NCBI GenBank assembly: GCA_963830305.1
Contig: CAWHLW010000004.1
Span: 73,867 to 137,866 of the forward strand
Source of the DNA: Candidatus Dormiibacterota bacterium
GTDB taxonomy: Bacteria > Chloroflexota > Dormibacteria > Aeolococcales > Aeolococcaceae
Direction: 5' to 3'
Length of the DNA: 64,000 bases
The notes beneath the pieces were generated by a model, which was not told the DNA's origin, searched no databases, and saw only the letters and a program-made list of their open reading frames with translations. A program made the position numbers and the translations under genes. Positions within the stretch are counted from its first letter, which is position 1. Each line of letters starts with the position of its first letter. Shown here piece after piece: positions 58,943-64,000 of the stretch.

Positions 58943-60093
58943 GCCGGCCGCCGCTCTCTGCGATGCTCACTCTGATCGCGGCACTCTGCATCCTCGCGGT
59001 CATCGCGATCAGCAGCGCGATCCCTCCCAACGACCAGACCGACCCCTCATCGCGATCGGCAGGGAGCCTGGGCACGCTCGCTCTCTACACGTGGTTCTCG
59101 GACCTCGGCCTCGACGTCAGCCGGATCAGCGGGAGCTTCGATCTCACCGGCAGCGATCTGGTCTTCTGCTACGACCCCACGGTCGCGCTGACCAGCTCCG
59201 ACGTGAACGCCACCATGTCCTTTCTCAGGGCGGGCGGTGACCTCGTCCTTGTGGTCACGCCGGACAGCCTCGCCGATGCCGCGCCCTTGCTCGGCCGGCT
59301 CGGAGTGAACCCGTCCGCGACCGCGGGGAGCGGGGTCGCGACCGTCGCGCAGCCGTTCGACAGCACCGATCGCGTGCAGTCCGTGCCGGTGTCGACCGGG
59401 CTCACCTTCTCCGACCAGGCGCCGCTGGTTCCCATGCTGGAGGAGCACAACGCGGTGGTGGCCGGCGTCGTTCAAGTCGGCACCGGCGGACGCGCGTATG
59501 TCCTCGGCGACACCCAGCCGCTGTCCAATGACGGCCTTCGCCATCCCGACTCCTCGTTCCTGGCGCTCAGCCTGCTGCAGCGTGCGCGCGGCGGCCGGAT
59601 CAGCTTTGACGAGTATCACCACGGCGAGGGAACAGAGACGACGGGGGCTGGTGCCATCTTCGACGGCCCAGTCGGACTGGCGACGTTGCTCGCCGGTTTC
59701 GTCGTGCTGCTGGCGATCGCGCTCAACGGCCGCCGGCTCGGCAAACCGGCGCAGGACGGTGGCGACGCGCAGGTGCCGAGCGCCGGCGCCTACGTGACGG
59801 CGATGGGGCAGCTCTTCGCGCGCAGCCGCCTGCGCGGACCGATCGCCGCACGCTACGCAGAGGAGCTCAAACGGAGAATCGGCAGCGTGACAGGCGTGGA
59901 CTGGCATCTCGACGACGCATCGTTCTGCGCGGCGGTCTCCGTTGCCAACCCGCAGGCGAGCGGTGGACTCGAAGCGTTGCTCGCCCACGCCCGGTCGCTC
60001 GCCGCCGGGCGACCGGAGGAGAGTGAGCTGCTCCGCCTCGCACGCGATGTGGATGCGTGCGAGAGGGAGTGGACCGGTGCACCAGTTGGCTGA
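58939..60093 (+). CDS. DUF4350-domain protein
   Basis: GTGA overlap. N-terminal TM helix and a second TM helix near residue 250. Conserved position between the DUF4129 and MoxR genes. Confidence 0.65.
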   Translation: MSRPPLSAMLTLIAALCILAVIAISSAIPPNDQTDPSSRSAGSLGTLALYTWFSDLGLDVSRISGSFDLTGSDLVFCYDPTVALTSSDVNATMSFLRAGGDLVLVVTPDSLADAAPLLGRLGVNPSATAGSGVATVAQPFDSTDRVQSVPVSTGLTFSDQAPLVPMLEEHNAVVAGVVQVGTGGRAYVLGDTQPLSNDGLRHPDSSFLALSLLQRARGGRISFDEYHHGEGTETTGAGAIFDGPVGLATLLAGFVVLLAIALNGRRLGKPAQDGGDAQVPSAGAYVTAMGQLFARSRLRGPIAARYAEELKRRIGSVTGVDWHLDDASFCAAVSVANPQASGGLEALLAHARSLAAGRPEESELLRLARDVDACEREWTGAPVG

Positions 60094-60115
60094 TTCCGCA
60101 AGCGCGCAGGGCACA

Positions 60116-61085
60116 ATGCCACGAGTGGCACCTGCGAACGACGCCGTCGCACTGCGCGGCGCACTGCACGAGACCATGGGTCGAGCCGTGGTCGGCCAGC
60201 TCCAGGTCATCGATGGGCTCTATATCGCGGTCCTCTGCGGCGGCCACGTGCTTCTCGAGGGCGTGCCCGGGACGGCGAAGACGCTGATGGCGCGCACCCT
60301 CGCTGCTGCGCTCGATGCGCGCTTCACGCGGATCCAGTTCACCCCCGATCTGCTCCCGTCGGACATCATCGGGACCAGCGTCTACCGCCCGGAACTCGGG
60401 GACCTTCGAGTTCCGTGAGGGCCCAATCTTCACCGACACGCTGCTCGCAGACGAGATCAACCGTGCCCCGGCCAAGACGCAGTCGGCTCTGCTCGAGGCC
60501 ATGGAGGAGCGCCAGGTGACGTCGGATGGTGAGAGCCGGCCGCTCGGCGATCGGTTTCTCGTGGTGGCCACCCAGAACCCGGTCGAGTACGAGGGCACCT
60601 ACCCACTCCCGGAGGCACAGCTCGATCGGTTCTTCTTCAAGCTCGAGGTGAATGTTCCCGAGCCGGCGACCGAGGTGGTGATGCTCCGCCGCGTCGACGG
60701 CGGGTTCAACGCCCATGACCTCGTGGCCGCCGGAGTGAGCGCGATCATCGATGCCGCAACTCTCAAGACGGTGCGCGCCGAGGTGGCGGCGGTTCGCGTT
60801 TCCGATGAGGTGCTCGGGTACATCTCGGCGATCGTCACGGCCACGAGGACCAGCCCCGACCTCTCGCTCGGCGCCAGCCCGCGTGGATCGATCGCCCTGC
60901 TCCTCGCCGGCAAGGCGATGGCCGCAATTCAGGGGCGTGATTACGTGGTCCCCGATGACGTCAAGGATGTCTGCATCCCGGCGCTGCGGCACCGGATGAT
61001 CCGCCGGCCCGAGGCGGAGATCCAGGGAGTCTCCGAGGTCGCCGCGGTCCAGCGGGCGGTGGGCAGGGTCCCAGTCCCGAGGTGA
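60116..61085 (+). pseudogene. moxR: MoxR-family AAA+ ATPase split by one surplus G in the run 60398-60401
   Basis: Walker [10 protein letters not shown] sits in ORF 59942-60418. Walker B LLADEINRA, the QNP sensor region and downstream motifs sit in ORF 60315-61085. Removing one G gives [16 protein letters not shown]. Confidence 0.9.
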
Positions 61086-62371
61086 CCTGGCGCGGCGCCG
61101 GTCTCCTCGTGGTCGCCGTTGCGATCATCGCCATCGGAGCGGCGGCACTGACGGTGTTCGTGGTGGGACTCGTGCTGTTCGTCGCGGTCCTGCTTGGGAT
61201 CGCCATCGACTCGCGGCGGGCGCCGGGCAAAGCGGTGCTCCGAGTTGAGCGCGAGTGCAACGACCTGCTCTCTGTGGGCGTCGCCAACCGCGTGACTCTC
61301 GCGATCACGGCTCGCGCCGCGGGTCCTTCGGCGATCGTCAACGAGCGCATTCCAGCGCGACTGCATCCGTCGCGAACGCGATGGAACGTGCAGCTTCCCG
61401 CGCGCCTCGAGTACACGGTCACACCGGTCGCGCGCGGCGACGTCGTCCTCGGACCGGCGGTCGTCCGCGTCATCGGCCCATGGGGGATCGGCTGGCGGCA
61501 GACGACAGTTGCTGCCACGCGTCCCGTCCGCGTCGACCCGAACCTCGCTGCGATCGATGTCTACGAGGCGCTGGCGCGTCGCGGTCAGCTCGCCGAGCTC
61601 GGGTTGCGAACCATGCGCCTGCGCACCGAGGGCAGCGAGTTCGACCGGGTACGAGAGGCGTTTCCCGACGATCCACTGCGTGCCATCAACTGGCGGGCGA
61701 CGGCGCGGACCGGTCGCCTGATGGCCACCGATCTCATCCCCGAACGCGCCCAGCCCCTGGTGATCTGCCTGGACCACGGGCGCTTGATGGGGATCGGCGC
61801 CGGCGAGCTCACCAAGCTCGACCATGCGATCAACGCCGCGCTGCTCCTCGTCCATGTTGCCCTTCGCGCCGGGGATCGCGCCGGGATGCTGGCATTCTCC
61901 GACACGGTCACCGGAACACTCCCGCCGCGCGCCGGCACCGCGCAATTGCGCCGCTTTCTCGACGCGACGCGCCCCATCCAACCGGGTGAGACGGAGGCCG
62001 ACTACGACGATGCGCTCGCGTACTTCAGCCGCTGGCAGACACGTCGCTCGCTCGTGGTCATCTTCACTGATGTCCTCGATCCCGACCAGGGGAAGGCGCT
62101 CATCCGGCAATGCGTTCGCCTTCGCCGCCGTCACCTGCCGCTGGTGGTCACGGTCCGCGACCCGGCGCTCGACGACGCCGCGAATACCGTCCCGCGAAGC
62201 GGCGACGACGCCTACGCCCGTGCTGTCGCCGCCGGCCTCATCGCCGATCGCGACGACACGCTGCGCATGCTGCGCAGCTCGGGCGTCGAGACCATCGACG
62301 CCGACGCGCGCACGCTGTCACCCCGGCTGGTGAACCGCTATCTCGACCTCAAACGGCGGGCGCGCCTCTAA
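61082..62371 (+). CDS. DUF58-domain (vWA-like) protein
   Basis: GTGA overlap with moxR. Two N-terminal TM helices, then EGSEFDRVREAFPDDPLRAINWRATAR, the DUF58 hallmark. Confidence 0.8.
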   Translation: MTWRGAGLLVVAVAIIAIGAAALTVFVVGLVLFVAVLLGIAIDSRRAPGKAVLRVERECNDLLSVGVANRVTLAITARAAGPSAIVNERIPARLHPSRTRWNVQLPARLEYTVTPVARGDVVLGPAVVRVIGPWGIGWRQTTVAATRPVRVDPNLAAIDVYEALARRGQLAELGLRTMRLRTEGSEFDRVREAFPDDPLRAINWRATARTGRLMATDLIPERAQPLVICLDHGRLMGIGAGELTKLDHAINAALLLVHVALRAGDRAGMLAFSDTVTGTLPPRAGTAQLRRFLDATRPIQPGETEADYDDALAYFSRWQTRRSLVVIFTDVLDPDQGKALIRQCVRLRRRHLPLVVTVRDPALDDAANTVPRSGDDAYARAVAAGLIADRDDTLRMLRSSGVETIDADARTLSPRLVNRYLDLKRRARL

Positions 62372-62395
62372 CAGCGGCGCGCGCACCGTTCGTGC

Positions 62396-63046
62396 TCAAA
62401 CGGCCTTGCCCGCGAAGTTTCTTCGGGTGGCAGGGTCAAGCAGCATCGCGTAGAGGACGATAACCTGGAGTACGAGGTACACGATCAGGACGATGTCCCC
62501 GTTGCTGCTGTGCACGCGGGCGAAATCCGCGACGGCGATGATGATGCTGATGACGTCGAGGACGATGATGATCCAGCGTGCGACCTGCGAGGGCCGTCCC
62601 ACGATGATGCCGAGGATGAGGTCGACGATGCCGATGATCAACGGCACCACGGCGATCGCGAAGAAGACCGCTCCGGCCGCATTCACGAATGAGTTGCCGA
62701 ACTGGTTCGCGTAGTTGTTGTAGCCGGGGATGTTGTGCAGCGCAGCATGGCCCGCGGTGAGGATGTACACGCCGATCGCAACCGAACCAGCAGCTATTAG
62801 GATGATCAGGATTGCCTTCACGATGATGATGATCTGCGCGATCGTCAGCCAGAAGGTTCGCTTGTGCACCTTGACGACGACCGGCTGCGGCAGCGCCTGC
62901 GGTGCGTACGGCATCTGGCCTGAGTACGCGTTGCCAGGAGAGTAGGGACCCTGCGGTGGACCAACGGGGGGTGGGCTACCGGGAGGCGCTACGCCGGGCG
63001 GATCCGGGGGGAGGCTGCCTGGTGGTTGGGGCGGCAGTGCTGCCAC
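62396..63046 (-). CDS. Hypothetical membrane protein with a Pro-rich N-terminus and Ile-rich TM helices
   Basis: 216 aa with four TM helices. GTG start. Confidence 0.55.
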   Translation of the reverse strand: MAALPPQPPGSLPPDPPGVAPPGSPPPVGPPQGPYSPGNAYSGQMPYAPQALPQPVVVKVHKRTFWLTIAQIIIIVKAILIILIAAGSVAIGVYILTAGHAALHNIPGYNNYANQFGNSFVNAAGAVFFAIAVVPLIIGIVDLILGIIVGRPSQVARWIIIVLDVISIIIAVADFARVHSSNGDIVLIVYLVLQVIVLYAMLLDPATRRNFAGKAV

Positions 63047-63100
63047 GTTGCTCTCTCCTCTTCAGTGGTACCGCCTCATCCGCGAGTCGGTGGCCGGATT

Positions 63101-63715
63101 CTAGACTTTGCGGACCACGAATGTGCTCGCGATCTTGTCGTGCCAGCCCTGCTTGCGGGGATCGAAGGCAGCCCAGATGAGACCGATGTAGAGCGGGATG
63201 ATGCTGATCACATAGCCGAGGAAACGGCCGAGCGACCTTCCGATGCCGATGTTCTGGCCGGTGGCTGCGTCAACGACGTGGAGACCCAGCATCCGCTGGC
63301 CGAGCGTGCCACCGAGCTTGGACCAGAGGATGACGAAGTACAGCAGTTGCACGCCGAGGCCGATCAAATACCAGTAGCCGACCGAGCCGATGTATGTCGA
63401 GGAACAGATGGTTGCGAACGATCCGGACTGGGCGGCAATGTTGATGCAGTTCGCGTAGGAGCTGAGCGCGGATCCCTCGACCACGAGGAAGATGATCACG
63501 AAGGGCACCCCGACGATGATCCCGTCGATCAGCGCCGCTGCGAAGCGGATCCAGAATCCCGCGTACGCGATACCGGGAGCCGGTCCGGGCTGCGGTCCCG
63601 CGTAATACGTCGCCACCGGGTATGCCGGGGGCGGGGGCGGCGGGACGTACTGTTGCCCTCCGTCCCATTGACCAGGCGCCTGAGGTGGGGGTGGCGGCAA
63701 CCCTCCTGTGGTCAT
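63101..63715 (-). CDS. RDD-family membrane protein with a Pro-rich N-terminus
   Basis: GFWIRFAAALIDGIIV, GQRMLGL and WHDKIASTFVV are RDD-family hallmarks. Confidence 0.8.
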   Translation of the reverse strand: MTTGGLPPPPPQAPGQWDGGQQYVPPPPPPAYPVATYYAGPQPGPAPGIAYAGFWIRFAAALIDGIIVGVPFVIIFLVVEGSALSSYANCINIAAQSGSFATICSSTYIGSVGYWYLIGLGVQLLYFVILWSKLGGTLGQRMLGLHVVDAATGQNIGIGRSLGRFLGYVISIIPLYIGLIWAAFDPRKQGWHDKIASTFVVRKV

Positions 63716-63773
63716 CGAGGCAGGACACTAGCAGGCTTGCCAGGTTTGTGACCGTTGCAGCCAAAACGTCACG

Positions 63774-64000
63774 TTAGTCAGTCTCGGGCATCGCCTCCAC
63801 GGCAGCGATCACCGCACGTGTTATCTGTGTCGGCGTGGACGCACCCGAGGTGACGCCAACCTTCCGAACGCCGCGGAACCACGAGGGATCGAGGTCGGCG
63901 GCAGTGTCGACGAGATATGCGGGCCGGTGCCCCTTTTCGCGAACCACCTGCACGAGCCGCTGACTGTTGCTGCTGCGCGCGCTTCCCACCACCACGACAC
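63774..64000 (-). CDS. ispH: 4-hydroxy-3-methylbut-2-enyl diphosphate reductase, C-terminal part (gene continues beyond the window end)
   Basis: VVGSARSSNSQRLVQV and VGVTSGASTP match the IspH/LytB C-terminus. The frame is open to base 64000. Confidence 0.8.
   Translation of the reverse strand, partial: VVVVGSARSSNSQRLVQVVREKGHRPAYLVDTAADLDPSWFRGVRKVGVTSGASTPTQITRAVIAAVEAMPETD

Overview
This is a high-GC bacterial chromosomal segment, probably from an Actinobacteria-like organism. That guess rests on a fused E2o-E1o Kgd-type enzyme, an ino1/acyltransferase/GT4/CDP-alcohol-transferase (PIM-type) cluster, ECF sigma/anti-sigma pairs and frequent GTGA/ATGA start-stop overlaps. All homology calls come from motif recognition by eye; no searches were run.

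Most of the window is housekeeping and is densely coding on both strands:
- clpB, queF-yhhQ, thiD, gltX, tRNA-Glu, typA, kgd-lpd, tdh-kbl and ispH
- transporters: EamA, NRAMP-like, MFS and ABC-2
- the conserved GDPD-membrane/DUF4129/DUF4350/MoxR/DUF58/RDD cluster

No CRISPR array, rRNA, transposase or integrase was seen.

Observations worth a second look:
1. An orphan RNase-A-like toxin plus CdiI-type immunity pair with no delivery domain (49625-50448).
2. A MgtE-N/CBS cytosolic protein paired with an NRAMP homologue that lacks the canonical DPGN and MPH metal-site motifs. They are separated by a structured leader with an anti-SD element (9659-12798).
3. A translationally coupled REC / HATPase-like / unknown gene cluster with a degenerate kinase (6181-9626).
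4. A VirB2-like/VirB6-like/M23 peptidase trio with a near-consensus promoter but no T4SS ATPases (34808-36613).
5. A 76-nt class-I-shaped tRNA with a GUA anticodon and a C1:G72 pair, which is unusual for a bacterium (29371-29446).
6. A 478-bp tandem duplication separated by a 145-nt tract made only of G and T. It is probably an assembly artefact (12777-13877).
7. Four essential-type genes (clpB, ino1, typA, moxR) each split by one surplus base in a short homopolymer, plus one in-frame TGA in a PT-rich secreted protein. This points to sequence-quality problems rather than biology.
8. A 45-nt element present three times (two direct copies, one inverted) between convergent genes (47873-48087).
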